A stretch of 61,217 bases of DNA, the filler included, from Nemertoderma westbladi (Eukaryota > Animalia > Xenacoelomorpha): the NCBI GenBank assembly GCA_032718475.1. It is 3 parts of 3 records of this genome, joined end to end, with 100 filler letters (N's around TTAATTAATTAA, not from the genome) between each part and the next. Parts side by side here need not be neighbours in the genome. Positions count along the whole stretch, not along the records: positions 26,085 to 44,830 come from JAUCBJ010005548.1; positions 44,931 to 61,217 come from JAUCBJ010002181.1; 1 more part is not named here. One strand, written 5' to 3'. The notes beneath the pieces were generated by a model. The model ran no database searches and was not told the origin of the DNA. It worked only from the letters and a program-made list of their open reading frames with translations. Positions 38,115-51,392 of this stretch are shown one piece after another. The translations under genes were made by a program, and so were the position numbers. How positions within the stretch are numbered: the first letter of the stretch is position 1; each line of letters begins with the position of its first letter.

Positions 38115-39278
38115 CTTGTCGCGCTTACTTATTTAAACCCGCTAACTCGACCGTTTCCTCATGTTTTTACAAAAAACACATCCCACGACTCGATTCAGGG
38201 CACCTTGTTACCCCTTATTCAATTGTTTCTAGCCCAACAATTTTTTCGCGCACCAAACCCATTTTGTAGAAGATATTGATACAATAATCAAACAATAAAC
38301 GAATCAAACATGCAGTCAGACGTTTGGAGGGATGTAAATGTCGTACCGACACTGTGCCGACAGTGTCGGCGTTACGTTGTGCCGACAGTGTCGGCGTTAC
38401 GTTATTCGTTACGTTACGTTATTCCGTGTCAACATATTTAAAATTTTTATTTCTCATTTCATTATAAAAATTATCCATTAGTCATTTATAAATTTTTCTA
38501 TATTTAACTGTGAACTGTATCTCGGAAACATGCTTTAAAAACCGAGATTTCTTTTTCGTGCTGAAATTTTTAAATTGTTTTGGAAAATGTCGGATAATGT
38601 TGACAAAGAAATGAGTTGACATGTCGGCACAACGTGTTCGCGCTTTTAAGACTTCGATAATTTTCACAATCAATTTTAATTATCACAGAAATCTTTCATG
38701 ATTTTGGCAACTTATTAACTTCAAATATAATCCAAACTACTGTAGTAAGTAGTGCGGCGTATGACCCAACAGGAGTCTGAAATATATCGGCCGACTAAAA
38801 TGGGCTGTTTGTGAATCATTCGGATTGATCCTCACTATATAACTCCTAACAACTATGTCAACGTACAGGGTTAGATAGTATTAACAGTTCCGTTTCAGAT
38901 GTTGTGTTCCAGATATCAAACAGGTCTACGTCTTATGGTAATTACAACAAATTACTAACAAAAATCATAGTTTGCTTGCACACCCTCTGGGGCATGGTAT
39001 ATTAAATCTGGCTGAAATACACGTTGGTGCAAGAAGAATTGTTGACATGAGACAATTTTGTTCATGAATAAGGAGTTTATAGGGTCACATACGTTGGTGC
39101 TATAAAATAAAAGTTATAAATCATACAATCCAATTAGTGGCGCAGCCAATAGCCATAGGAGGTACATAACACTACATAACAATTGCCACAATTTCGATAG
39201 GATATATAATAGTTCATACTTACGCTATACTGTATTATATTTCAAAGGGACTTATTAAATATAATATAAATAATATAA

Positions 39279-39555
39279 TGTAATTAATTTAGGCCCTCCT
39301 GGGGAAGCTCACCCATTAATGTGGTGTAATTAATTTAGGCCCTCCTAGGGAAGCTCACCCATTAATGTGGTGTAATTAATTTAGGCCCTCCTGGGGAAGC
39401 TCACCCATTTATGTGGTGTAATTAATTTAGGCCCTCCTGGGGAAGCTCACCCATTAATGTGGTGTAATTAATTTAGGCCCTCCTGGGGAAGCTCACCCAT
39501 TAATGTGGTGTAATTAATTTAGGCCCTCCTGGGGAAGCTCACCCATTAATGTGGT
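39279..39555. repeat. 46-bp minisatellite x6
   Basis: TGTAATTAATTTAGGCCCTCCTGGGGAAGCTCACCCATTAATGTGG, near-identical copies. Confidence 0.95.
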
Positions 39556-40654
39556 AGATTTATTGGCCGATTGAGAAAGATCGATAGGGGACAGAGACAA
39601 TGGGAACAATATAGTTCAACACAAAAGGAAGCACAAGGGAATACTGTAGGCCTACTCCTACTAACTCAAGTACATAAGATGTTGGGCTAATTTACTTATT
39701 GTGTCAAAATAAATTACGTTTGAAATTAATTCCTCAAAAACGGTATATCATGAAAGCTCCAGAAATGAAAATTAATTTCAATGCAAATCTAATTAAAATA
39801 AAATAACTGGCAAATTAATATCGTTCATATCGAACCTGCCTGTTTAGGAGGGGTCAGTATTTTGTAAAAAGTTTTGGAAAGTACCTACAGTATATGGCAC
39901 ATCTCTCTCTACCAGTATGTGTCCAAATCAGCAGTTATGTTACTTCAGTATAACAGTTTCGAGACTTTGCCCAATTATAACGTACAAATATTTTCAGACA
40001 AATCACAATGAGCGTAACGAAGCTAATACTGTAATAGACGCGAATTCCGTTGACTCCTAAACCACCCTAACCCTGGTCTAACATTGACCGATTTATAATT
40101 TTGATCATTAGGCTACTGACTGGTAGTGGATTGTTGCAATCTGGGGGGGGGGGGGGGGGGTGTTGATCTCCAGGAGAACTCTCCGGGAGATCTCTGCTTC
40201 TTTCGCTGAATTGATACATGAAACCTGGCTAATTCGCCGAGGTGGGGATTTGTATCAATAACCCCCCCCCCTGTCTCGGTGGTTGCAGGGAGATGCCTAA
40301 AATTAAAAAACCTCTTGTGGAAGCTGCACAAGGGGCAGCAAGGCCATTATTTATCCCCTGTGTCTGTGTGGCTGCTGAACTTCTGGTAACAAAGATTTCC
40401 AACATAACAGTAGCAATTATTGTGTACATAGTATTGGGTATAGAAGTGTACTGAGCCTCTAATATTGTGTATTGCGTGAAATAAGTATGTATGTAGTATG
40501 TAATATTGAGCGTTCGAGATACTGTACATAATAATCTTGGAGATTGATCCATAACAGCAGATCAGGTACACAATGCTTTAAATAATCATAATGAATGATC
40601 TCCCATCCCCTGATCACCTCAATCCAAAGTAAAAGATAGAAATTATCTACTAAC

Positions 40655-40801
40655 CCTGAAATTATCATTGAGGAATCCATATATAAGAGGGTTGATGAAG
40701 CTGTTTGACATCGCCAGCCAATGACAACAGAAGTAAATAGCTCTGTAGACATTCATATTTACTGGAGTAGGAGTAACTATAAGGTTGACGATACTAAATA
40801 C
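40655..40801 (-). CDS. class A neuropeptide-type GPCR, ECL3-TM7 exon (tachykinin/luqin/leucokinin/GPR83-like group)
   Basis: Acceptor TTTTCATTCTAG, donor GTTAGT; 49 codons [49 protein letters not shown] with HWLAMSN and NPxxY motifs. Confidence 0.9.
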
Positions 40802-41326
40802 CTAGAATGAAAATAATTTTTAACTAAAAAATAGTTATATTTTACGCTGAAAAGCAGATGCAATCGGTAGGAATATATACATACATACTGTACATGCATA
40901 CATACAAAAGCACCCGTAGGCCTATGTTGTAAAAATAATACTGCTGGAATTACTAAAGATATAATAATTGTAATCTGTTAATATTTTGGTACGGAATTCC
41001 CTTCCCATGCTATTATAAAATTGTAGTAGGCAGGCCAACAGTATGTTTCTGTAGGCCTCATTGCATTATTAAAGAATAGTAAATTGGAAATCTTATAACT
41101 GAGAAGCCCACGCCTCTAGTTGCTCTCAATGCCCCTCCCTGTCTGCCATATCTAACTTTAAGATATTTGTTTTATACAATTTTATGAATGAACATTATGG
41201 TATTAATTTTATAATGAATGAATATTTTACACGTTTTAATCGGTACCGATTTACCCCGCTTGGGGGTGTATATATAATAATTAATTACAACTGAGAAGGT
41301 CCAGTCAATTAGCATCGTCTTGTAGA

Positions 41327-42939
41327 CAAGGCGTACCGGTACTATATACAATTATACAAGGCCATCGAGTTAACTGGGGGCGGTGACTGGGGGAAAGATT
41401 TTTTTTACAACAATTTGATATTTTGATATGGGGAGAGTTCTATAAATTGTCATTTGTTGCAATTTTATTAATGGACGTAATTGAAGCATCCTCGTTAAGT
41501 AAGCAAAATAAAAATTTTTATGGTAGCTACAGTAGTGTTTTAGGTACGTTTAGCTAGTAATTTAAACACTGGTTCCGACATTCTACTCCCCTCTATAAAT
41601 ATTTTGTAGTAGCTAGTTCTTGTTACTATTTGTATAGAAAATGTTCTAGAACATGTTAGCTATTCAATTTTTAAAAAAGTTATGTTCTAGAACACATATT
41701 TTTGTTCTTTATTTCTTTTTCTTTCAATTTCTTTTTTTTTGTTCTATATTTTTGTTATTTATGTTTTTTAGAAAAAATCTGGATTCGATTTAAAACGCAT
41801 GAAATCAATAAAAAAAAATGCGCGAGCGAGGCCTCGCTTGTGTGTTAGGGGGAGTGCGGAGGCGCTTACAGTTCGCGCTTCTGCGCTCGAGCTCCCTGTG
41901 CCTGCGTGGTGGTAGGCGGCCATGGAGGGCACTCGGATTTGGGGACGGTGCCGGTCTGCGGGGGTCTGACCTTCCTGATCGGTACTGATCCCTTGCCTCT
42001 GAGCTCCAACATATCCTTCCGGTGCTTTGGTGGTAGGCCCGATGATATTTGTGTGGTGGCGGAATTAATTTTGTTATTTTTGGTGCACATCTTTTTAATT
42101 TATGAGTGTATAAAAGTTAAAAAAAAAAATAATAAAAAAAAAAAAAATAAAAAAAAAAATAAAAAAAATTTCAAATATTTTTTCAATAATATTTTTTCAC
42201 AATTTTTTTTATTGATCTTAAACACGTTTTAGATACGAAACACGTGATCTTAAATCCAAATTTTTTCTAAAAAATGTTCTCGAACAAAAATATTTGTTCT
42301 AAAAAATATATGTTAAAAAATGAATAGCTAACATGTTCTGGAACATTTTCTATACAAATAGTAACAAGAACTAGCTACTATAAAATATTTATAGAAGGAA
42401 GTAGGATATCGGGACCAGTGTTAAAATTACTAGCTAAACCTAACTAAATCAAAAATAATTTAATATCTTGCTTAAAAAGAGGATGCTTCAATTACGTCCA
42501 TTAACAAAATTGCAACAAATTAAAATTTATAGAACTCTCCCCATGCCTGCACACACACAATACACGGAGTACGCTACCGGTTATAATCCAGCCTCCATAA
42601 ATTATGAAGGCTGCATGCTTGCAAGGCCTTTAATAGAGTACGCTATGTCAAAGAGTAACAAGAACTAGCTACTACAAAATATTTATAGAGGGAAGTTACA
42701 GTATGTCGGAACAAGTGTCGAAATTACTAGCTAAACCTACCTAAAACACTAGCTACCATAAAATTTTGTATCTTACTTAACGAGGATGCTTCAATTACGT
42801 CCATTGACCAAATTGCAGCAAATGGAAATTTATAGAACTCTCCCCATATGAAAATATTATCAAATTGTTGTAAAAAAAATCTTGCCCCCAGTCACCGCCC
42901 CCAGTTAACTCGATGGCATGGCCTTGTATGTACGCCTTG
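41327..42939. mobile_element. foldback-type element with hAT-like ends
   Basis: Ends CAAGGCGTAC / GTACGCCTTG; perfect 8-bp TSD CTTGTAGA; long IRs (41355-41705 vs 42280-42545 and 42655-42928). Confidence 0.85.
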
Positions 42940-43362
42940 CTTGTAGACCAATAATTTATTTAAATCGGGTAGTTCTTTCAACCGGTAGTTCTGCATCCGA
43001 TGTTAAAATTGAGCTGTGTGTTGTTATCAATGGATTCTCTTGTATGGGGGAGGGTAATATTGTGTCGGCAGTATTATTATTGGTCTGCGTGATTGCATTT
43101 ATTAACTCTGTCTGCATTTTCTGAGTGATAATTTCACTTTCTTAACATATAATTTGTGATATTATGGGTGAATCATATTTGGTTTCAAATATTATTACAA
43201 TTTTAGTCACGGAGAGCATGGCATAGTCGGGTACGTATAGGTCTATTGAGCCAGTGACCTTAAGTTCGAAGTACAGCGCACCAACTATTCCTATAGCAGC
43301 TGTCATAAAATGTGGACCGGAAAAACCATCTGTGTTGTATGCATGTAATTTACACCCACGCC

Positions 43363-43468
43363 TGCCTACGCCTAAGCCTACGCCTACACCTACGCCAGCG
43401 CGTCGGCCTACGCTTAAGCCAAGGCCTACAACTATCCTACGCCTAGCTACGCCTAGTCTAGCTACGCT
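43363..43468. repeat. degenerate (CTACGC)n microsatellite
   Basis: Tandem CCTACG units; the motif resumes at 44815-44830. Confidence 0.75.
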
Positions 43469-43503
43469 AGTTTCTCAATTGCTGCAAAGCTATACAATAG
43501 AAT

Positions 43504-44814
43504 TCTATTAAATCACATCAGGGATCCCATTGAGAGACTGCTCCGTGGAAATCAGAATGGGTTCCGTAAAGGTCGTGGGACCATTTTGGCACTTAGAAGG
43601 ATAATTGAAGAGTTATCAAAAAAGAAAGACAGGCATCTGGCTGTTATCTTTGTTGACTTCTTCAAGGCCTTTGATTCAATCTCTCGCTGGCGTATGTTCA
43701 GCATACTTTCATTATATGGGATTCCTGATGAAATTATTGCAGCAATCAGATCAGTATACGATGGTTCGACAACATTTGTGTCTACTGTTGATGGTGACAC
43801 AGAACCATTTGAAGTATTATGGGGAGTCCTCCAAGGAGACACACTTGCGTCATTCTTGTTCATAATTGTGGTTGACTATGTTCTACGCATGTCCTTAGAT
43901 CATCATAATGATGATGGGGTGATGGTAACTCCACCTATTGGCCCCAGAAGTCGAGGAAATCCTGCCAAGTACCTAACTGATCTAGACTTTGCTGATGACT
44001 TAGGAGTACTCTCAAAATCACTAGAGGGAGCCCAACGGCTCCTCAGCTCATTAGAACAGGCTGCTTCTAGTGTTGGTCTTTTTATTAACCCAAAAAGAGC
44101 AAAATGTTGATAGATAACTTTGAAAGTCCTGAGCAAGTCTCTGACCGGATGATCACAAGCTCAAAGGATGGTATGCTTGAGCATGTGGCCGACTTCTGTT
44201 ACCTGGGATCATGGATCCGGAAGTCAGGTGAGGACCTTCGAATACGTAAGGGAAAGGCATGGACAGCCTTGAATAGGCTTTTCAGGATTTGGAAGTCACA
44301 GATAATTAATCGGAAACTTAAGGTCCGATTATTTAGAGCAGCAGTAGTTCCAGTACTCCTCTATGTGAGTCCATGCTGGGCTGTAACTGCTGAGGGCACC
44401 AAATCTTTGACTGGCATATTCACAAGAAGGCTACGTCGGGTTCATTGTGTCAAGTACATTGCACACATCTCCAACCAGATTCTATATAACATTGGAGGTT
44501 TCTCATTGGTTCCCCCAAGCTTGACACTAGAACAAATTCGCCTCCACTTTGCAGGACATTGCTTTTGCCGTGAGGACCAGCCAGTGCATAATATTATGAC
44601 TTGGCAGCCTCATGGAGTGAATAAGCATGGTGGACAGCCCATGACTTTCTTGAGACGCATCTTAAAGGAAACTGGCATTGAAGATGCGGATGATCTAGCA
44701 AATGTCATGATGGGTGATAGGGAGTTGTGGCGGCGCAATTTTGTCGACAAGCCGGCACTGCATTCTTAAAAATGCAGCTGCAATGCAGCATGCCGATCCT
44801 AGTAGTACTAGTAG
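43504..44814 (+). mobile_element. RTE-clade LINE, 5'-truncated, frameshifted RT
   Basis: NQNGFRKGR, FVDFFKAFDSI, GVLQGDTLA, DLDFADDL, YLGSWI and RLHFAGHC motifs; (TAG)n-like tail. Confidence 0.92.
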
Positions 44815-44830
44815 CTACGCCTACGCCTAC

Positions 44831-44930
44831 NNNNNNNNNNNNNNNNNNNNNNNNNNNNNNNNNNNNNNNNNNNNTTAATTAATTAANNNNNNNNNNNNNN
44901 NNNNNNNNNNNNNNNNNNNNNNNNNNNNNN
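44831..44930. other. artificial scaffold linker
   Basis: N44-TTAATTAATTAA-N44. Confidence 0.97.
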
Positions 44931-47335
44931 AATCGAATAAAGCCGCACTCAGCAGTAGGGATTTAAATCAGCCCACTGGCTCCGGCATTCCAATGGCGGT
45001 TTCAAGTGATTCTCTGGAATCCCAACAACCATCCGGCCAATCATTAGCGAGTCTCGATCCGGAAACTAGTACCGGTAACGTAGTAATGGTTGATGATGAA
45101 GTAACGGTTGGTTGGTCCCAGGTCAAACGAAAACGCCATCGCCCTACACCCATTATTGGCAAACCCGGATCTTGTAAACAATCGAGCCCGACTTGAGCAA
45201 CCACAACTTTCTCACATTTATATTGGCCGTTTCGACAACAATGTGACAGCTGATAAAATTAAGGATTACTTGAGAACTGAAGAGCTACCATTCGAGGAAG
45301 TACTGCCGTTCCCCAATTCCACAACTCCACAAGTGGAACTCCACAAGACCACTTAGTCATACATGATATCTGCCCACCTGGCTATGAGATTCATAATACA
45401 CCACGCACAACCAATGGGGGAGGCGGTGTTGCTTGCGTTTATAACGAAATTCTGAACCTTAAGGAAGCTCATTCGACTTGTTTGTCATTTACAAATTTTG
45501 AACACTTGGAGCAGAGATTTTTATGTGATGGTGAGATGTTTAGATTAGTTACAGTGTATAGAACCTGTCCATCTAAATCTAACAACTACAGCATAGAAAA
45601 GTTCATGAATGAATCTGAAGCTCTCCTGATGGTGGAACTAATAATTTCTCCTGGGAAATTTATAATTGTTGGCGACTTCAACTTTCATGTAAATGATAAA
45701 TGTGATAAATATGCAGTGGCATTTTGTGATCTCCTTAATAGCTTCGGCCTTACTCAGCATGTTAAGGAGTGCACACATATCCATGGTAATATACCCTTGA
45801 TCTTATCATAACTTCAGAGGATTCCTGTCCTTTTATATCGGATATGCAAGTTCGAGATATTGGGTTATCATCAGACCATTTTGTTGTAAGCTTCAATAAC
45901 CTGTTTTAAACCCATACCTGATTGCAAAGCAGTCGGATACCGCAAACTATATGATATCGATATCGACTTGTTCTGTGAGGATATGGAACAGTCCTTTATA
46001 AATGACAGGTTGATTGATTCAGACTAGACCAATATTGATACGCTGGTTAATAGTTATAATACAACTCTGATCATTGCTCTCAATAAACATGCCCCAGTTA
46101 TTACAAAGAAAATCACTTCTAGACACAGGCCTCCTGGTATAACGAAGATATAACAAAGCAGAAAAGACTGAAGAGAAAGCTAGAAAGGCAATACCGAAAA
46201 GACAAGACAGATCTGCATCTTGTAATGTTTCGAGATCAATGCAAGGTGGTATCCAATACATGTACTAACTATATCACGTGTCAAACAGGAATACTACAGG
46301 TCTCAAGTAACTGAATGAAAGTAGGAAGGACACAAGGGCATTATTCAAAATCATTAACAAGGTGCAAATGAGTTTGCAGATTATTTTGAGTCAAAAATTA
46401 AAATTTATCGAGAATAGATTATGTCCGAGAATTCAAGGTCAGCTTTGGGAACATCGGGTCCCACCTCACAGTCACCAGCTGATTCTGAGGCAATCTCTGA
46501 ATATTTGTCTGATACAAACATGAATTCCAAACAATCATTGATTGAAGAGGTTTTAGAAATTTAATTGCTGATTTATGTGATCTTAAATCGTCTGATAATT
46601 CTGTCCCACTAACTCAATCACCAATCTTTAGCGAGTTTTTTCCCACAGAAGCAACAACCCTCTTTGTAGGGGGCTAGCATTACGTTCTGGTCCTTCTGAA
46701 CCTCAGCGCAGCTTTTGATGCTGTTGAACATTCAATTTTATTAAAAATTTTGGAGCATGATATAGGTGTCACTGATTCTGCTTTAAGTTGGTTCCAATCA
46801 TACTTGGCTGATAGGGGCCAATCAGTCAAAATTGGAAACTCATACTCTAAGAAGAAAACCTTGCGATTCGGAGTTCCACAAGGATCGGTCTTGGGACCTC
46901 TCCTGTTCACGATATATATGCGCTCTCTCAGTCCTGTGATCGAAAGACATGGGTCGTCATTTCATCTATATGCGGACGACACCCAAATCTATATTGCTTT
47001 CAAACCCTCGGACGTGTCCAAAGCTGTCTCAGTTACAAATTAATGTTTATTGGATATAAAATCTTGGATGTCTAGTCATCTAATTAATGACGAATGCTGA
47101 TAAAGCCGAGGTCCTTCTGATTCAATCAAAGTTCAACAACACTCTAGTTAGACCAACCCAAATTCCTGTTGGTCCCAATAGTGTGGAGGTGAGCGAATCT
47201 GCTCGCAACATTGGCGCTATATTTGATACCTTTTTGAATTTCGAGAAACAAATTTCACTTACTGTGCGCAATGCATTCTTCCACCTACGCAATCTCTCGG
47301 AAGTCAAAAACTGTTTCAACAACTGTTTGATTTTG
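44931..47335 (+). mobile_element. decayed L2/CR1-group LINE (ORF1 remnant, APE endonuclease, RT)
   Basis: VYR, IVGDFNFH and SDHF (endonuclease); LSAAFD, GVPQGSVLGPLLF, YADDTQIY and ARNIGAIFD (RT); many stops and deletions. Confidence 0.9.
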
Positions 47336-48293
47336 AAGTTGTGGTGGCTAAACGTGACAGCATGCGCGAGAGGGGCCTTCAAGTGTCCTGGGTGGAGTGA
47401 GACGGCGCCTTCAATTCGCCCTGCTCCGGTCTAGTTCCCTGTGCCTCCGTGGTGGACGGCGATCATGGCGCGGTCTATGTTTCGGCGACGGAGCCGGGCT
47501 GCGTGGCAATGATATTGCCACGCAATATGGCTGAACTCAGTACAATAGTTTCTTTAGTTAATATAAGTTGAAACTACTTACCGGTAATTATTACCCTCGA
47601 TATAATACTTATAAATACCGCGAGTATATTTTTTACATTTATTTACTACATTTCCTTATCAGAAAAATGCAGTATTACCCAATTTAATTTTTTTTAATTT
47701 AGTAGGTAATGTAAACGTGTACATTTATGTAACTACTTCAATTTTTAGAGTTGCACATTAATTTTAGTACTTCAATTCATACTGTAGGTGTATGAAAACA
47801 CACGTACTATAAATTTGTTGGTTTATTATAGGTTTGTATACTTTATTGGTTACTTAGTTGTGTCTCAGTGTCATATTGATATTTGTTATAATTATAAATA
47901 ATAAGTGAATAAAATAAAATAAAAAAAGTTCCAAAGACGAAAAATAAAGCCGCAGAGGAAGCTAAATATTGTCAAACATACGATTTTTAACGGTTTTTTT
48001 TTCTATCGAAATAGCTCAGAAAATAATGTATCCGGCCCTGCCAGCAGTAAGAAAAGTTGTCGAACTATCTATCTTCATACCGAATTTCGTACCATTTGAT
48101 TGAAATTTTAAAAAAATTGGTGGTGGTTGCTCCGACTTGCTAAAAATGTTTGTTGTATTAAGGGAGATGGTGCGTATTAAGGGAGATGGTGCACTCTATA
48201 TGGGGAAATGGTGCACTCTATATGGGGAAATGGGGAGTATTGTAGTTCATCCGAACGAAACGGGGACCGCGGGGGTGGGGGGGGGGGGGGGGG

Positions 48294-51136
48294 CTACATC
48301 ATGTAGTACACCAGAACGAAACGCGGGTACATCATGTAGTACACCAGAACGAAACGCGGGTACATCATGTAGTACACCAGAACGGAACGGGGGTACATCA
48401 TGTAGTACACCAACCAGAACGGAACGGGGGTAAATTATGTAGTACACCAGAACGGAACGGGGGTACATCATGTAGTACACCAGAACGGAACGGGGGTACA
48501 TCATGTCGTACACCAGAACGGAACGGATGTATATCGTGTAGTACATCAGAACGGAACGGGGGTACATCATGTAGTACACCAACCATAACGGAACGGGGGT
48601 AAATCATGTAGTACACCAGAACGGAACGGGGGTACATCATGTAGTACACCAGAACGAAACGCGGGTACATCATGTAGTACACCAGAACGGAACGGGGGTA
48701 CATCATGTAGTACACCAACCAGAACGGAACGGGGGTAAATCATGTAGTACACCAGAACGGAACGGGGGTACATCATGTAGTACACCAGAACGGAACGGGG
48801 GTACATCATGTCGTACACCAGAACGGAACGGATGTATATCGTGTAGTACATCAGAACGAAACGGGGGTACATCATGTAGTACACCAACCAGAACGGAACG
48901 GGGGTAAATCATGTAGTACACCAGAACGGAACGGGGGTACATCATGTAGTACACCAGAACGGAACGGGGGTACATCATGTAGTACACCAGAACGAAACGG
49001 GGGTACATCATGTAGTACACCAGAACGGAACGGGGGTACATCATGTAGTACACCAGAACGGAACGGGGGTACATCATGTAGTACACCAACCAGAACGGAA
49101 CGGGGGTATATCATGTAGTACACCAGAACGGAACGGGGGTACATCATGTACTACACCAGAACGGAACGGGGGTACATCATGTAGTACACCAGAACGGAAC
49201 GGGGGTACATCATGTAGTACACCAACCAGAACGGAACGGGGGTAAATCATGTAGTACACCAACCAGAACGGAACGGGGGTACATCATGTAGTACACCAAC
49301 CAGAACGGAACGGGGGTACATCATGTAGTACACCAGAACGGAACGGGGGTACATCATGTAGTACACCAGAACGGAACGGGGGTACATCATGTAGTACACC
49401 AGATCGAAACGGGGGTACATCATGTAGTACACCAGAACGGAACGAGGGTACATCATGTAGTACACCAGAACGAAACGGGGGTACATCATGTAGTACACCA
49501 GAACGGAACGGGGGTACATCATGTAGTACACCAACCAGAACGGAACGGGGGTACATCATGTAGTACACCAACCAGAACGGAACGGGGGTACATCATGTAG
49601 TACCAACCAGAACGGAACGGGGGTACATCATGTAGTACACCAGAACGGAACGGGGGTACATCATGTAGTACACCAGAACGGAACGGGGGTACATCATGTA
49701 GTACACCAGAACGAAACGGGGGTACATCATGTAGTACACCAGAACGGAACGAGGGTACATCATGTAGTACACCAACCAGAACGGAATGGGGGTATATCAT
49801 GTAGTACACCAACCAGAACGGAACGGGGGTACATCATGTAGTACACCAACCAGAACGGAACGGGGGTACATCGTGTAGTACACCAGAACGGAACGGGGGT
49901 ACATCATGTAGTACACCAGAACGGAACGGGGGTACATCATGTAGTACACCAGAACGAAACGGGGGTACATCATGTAGTACACCAGAACGGAACGAGGGTA
50001 CATCATGTAGTACACCAACCAGAACGGAATGGGGGTATATAATGTAGTACACCAACCAGAACGGAACGGGGGTACATCATGTAGTACACCAGAACGGAAC
50101 GGGGGTACATCATGTAGTACACCAACCAGAACGGAACGGGGGTACATCGTGTAGTACATCAGAACGGAACGGATGTATATCGTGTAGTACACCAGAACGA
50201 AACGGGGGTACATCATGTAGTACACCAGAACGGAACGAGGGTACATCATGTAGTACACCAACCAGAACGGAACGGGGGTATATCATGTAGTACACCAACC
50301 AGAACGGAACGGGGGTACATCATGTAGTACACCAACCAGAACGGAACGGGGGTACATCATGTAGTACACCAGAACGGAACGGGGGTACATCATGTAGTAC
50401 ACCAGAACGGAACGGGGGTACATCATGTAGTACACCAGAACGGAACGGGGGTACATCATGTAGTACACCAGAACGTAACGGGGGTACATCATGTAGTACA
50501 CCAGAACGGAACGGGGGTACATCATGTAGTACATCAGAACGGAACGGGGGTACATCATGTAGTACATCAGAACGGAACGGGGGTACATCATGTAGTACAC
50601 CAGAACGGAACGGGGGTACATCATGTAGTACACCAGAACGGAACGGGGGTACATCATGTAGTACACCAGAACGGAACGGGGGTACATCATGTAGTACATC
50701 ACAACGGAACGGGGGTACATCATGTAGTACACCACAACGGAACGGGGGTACATCATGTAGAAAACCAGAACGGAACGCGGGTACATCATGTAGTACACCA
50801 GAACGGAACGGGGGTACATCATGTAGTACACCAGAACGGAACGGGGGTACATCATGTAGTACACCAGAACGTAACGGGGGTACATCATGTAGTACATCAC
50901 AACGGAACGGGGGTACATCATGTAGAAAACCAGAACGGAACGCGGGTACATCATGTAGTACACCAGAACGGAACGGGGGTACATCATGTAGTACACCAGA
51001 ACGGAACGGGGGTACATCATGTAGTACACCAGAACGTAACGGGGGTACATCATGTAGTACACCAGAACGGAACGGGGGTACATCATGTAGTACATCAGAA
51101 CGGAACGGGGGTACATCACTACATCATGTAGTACAC
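48294..51136. repeat. 33/37-bp satellite array, roughly 84 units
   Basis: Unit CCAGAACGGAACGGGGGTACATCATGTAGTACA with +CCAA variants; explains the GVLHDVPPFRS / VYYMMYPRSVL ORFs. Confidence 0.97.
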
Positions 51137-51392
51137 TCGACTGTAATCAACTGACAGTACTGTATATTTGTGTCGATTTTCCCTGGTGGGGGTTAAATTT
51201 TGATGTCGCCACCACCCCCCTCCCCCCCCCATGTGGCTCGCCCCACACCAATTACGGGAAGAAACTCAGAATACATTATTTCATTTACTATTTAATTTAT
51301 CCAATAATTTATTTCATTTATATTTAATATATCTTATGCCAAATACAAATACAGTAATTATAATTAATTATAATAAACCATATTTTTTTCAG

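Larger units (their letters stand above)
33956..38260. mobile_element. long-TIR MITE whose right TIR is split by later insertions
   Basis: Left TIR 33956-34270 (GGG.TTGGTGCGCGAAA...) matches in reverse three pieces: 34645-34765, 37743-37833 and 38115-38260. Confidence 0.78.

Noticed and set aside
38960-39100. Minus-strand acceptor followed by TNVCDPINSLFMNK (NPxxY-like)
   Set aside because: Weak resemblance, ends in a stop, and the true TM7 exon is elsewhere
40113-40752. Listed minus-strand ORFs, including a YCYVG motif resembling GPCR TM5
   Set aside because: The real exon is in a different frame (40655-40801); the rest is intronic and would need several frameshifts
47527-47630. Candidate Piezo first exon (MAELSTIVSL...NYLPVII)
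   Set aside because: In-frame stop and no convincing donor of the right phase
48247-51119. Many repetitive ORFs (GVLHDVPPFRS / VYYMMYPRSVL) and a CRISPR-like look
   Set aside because: By-product of a 33-bp unit; frame-breaking 37-bp variants; no unique spacers; eukaryotic context
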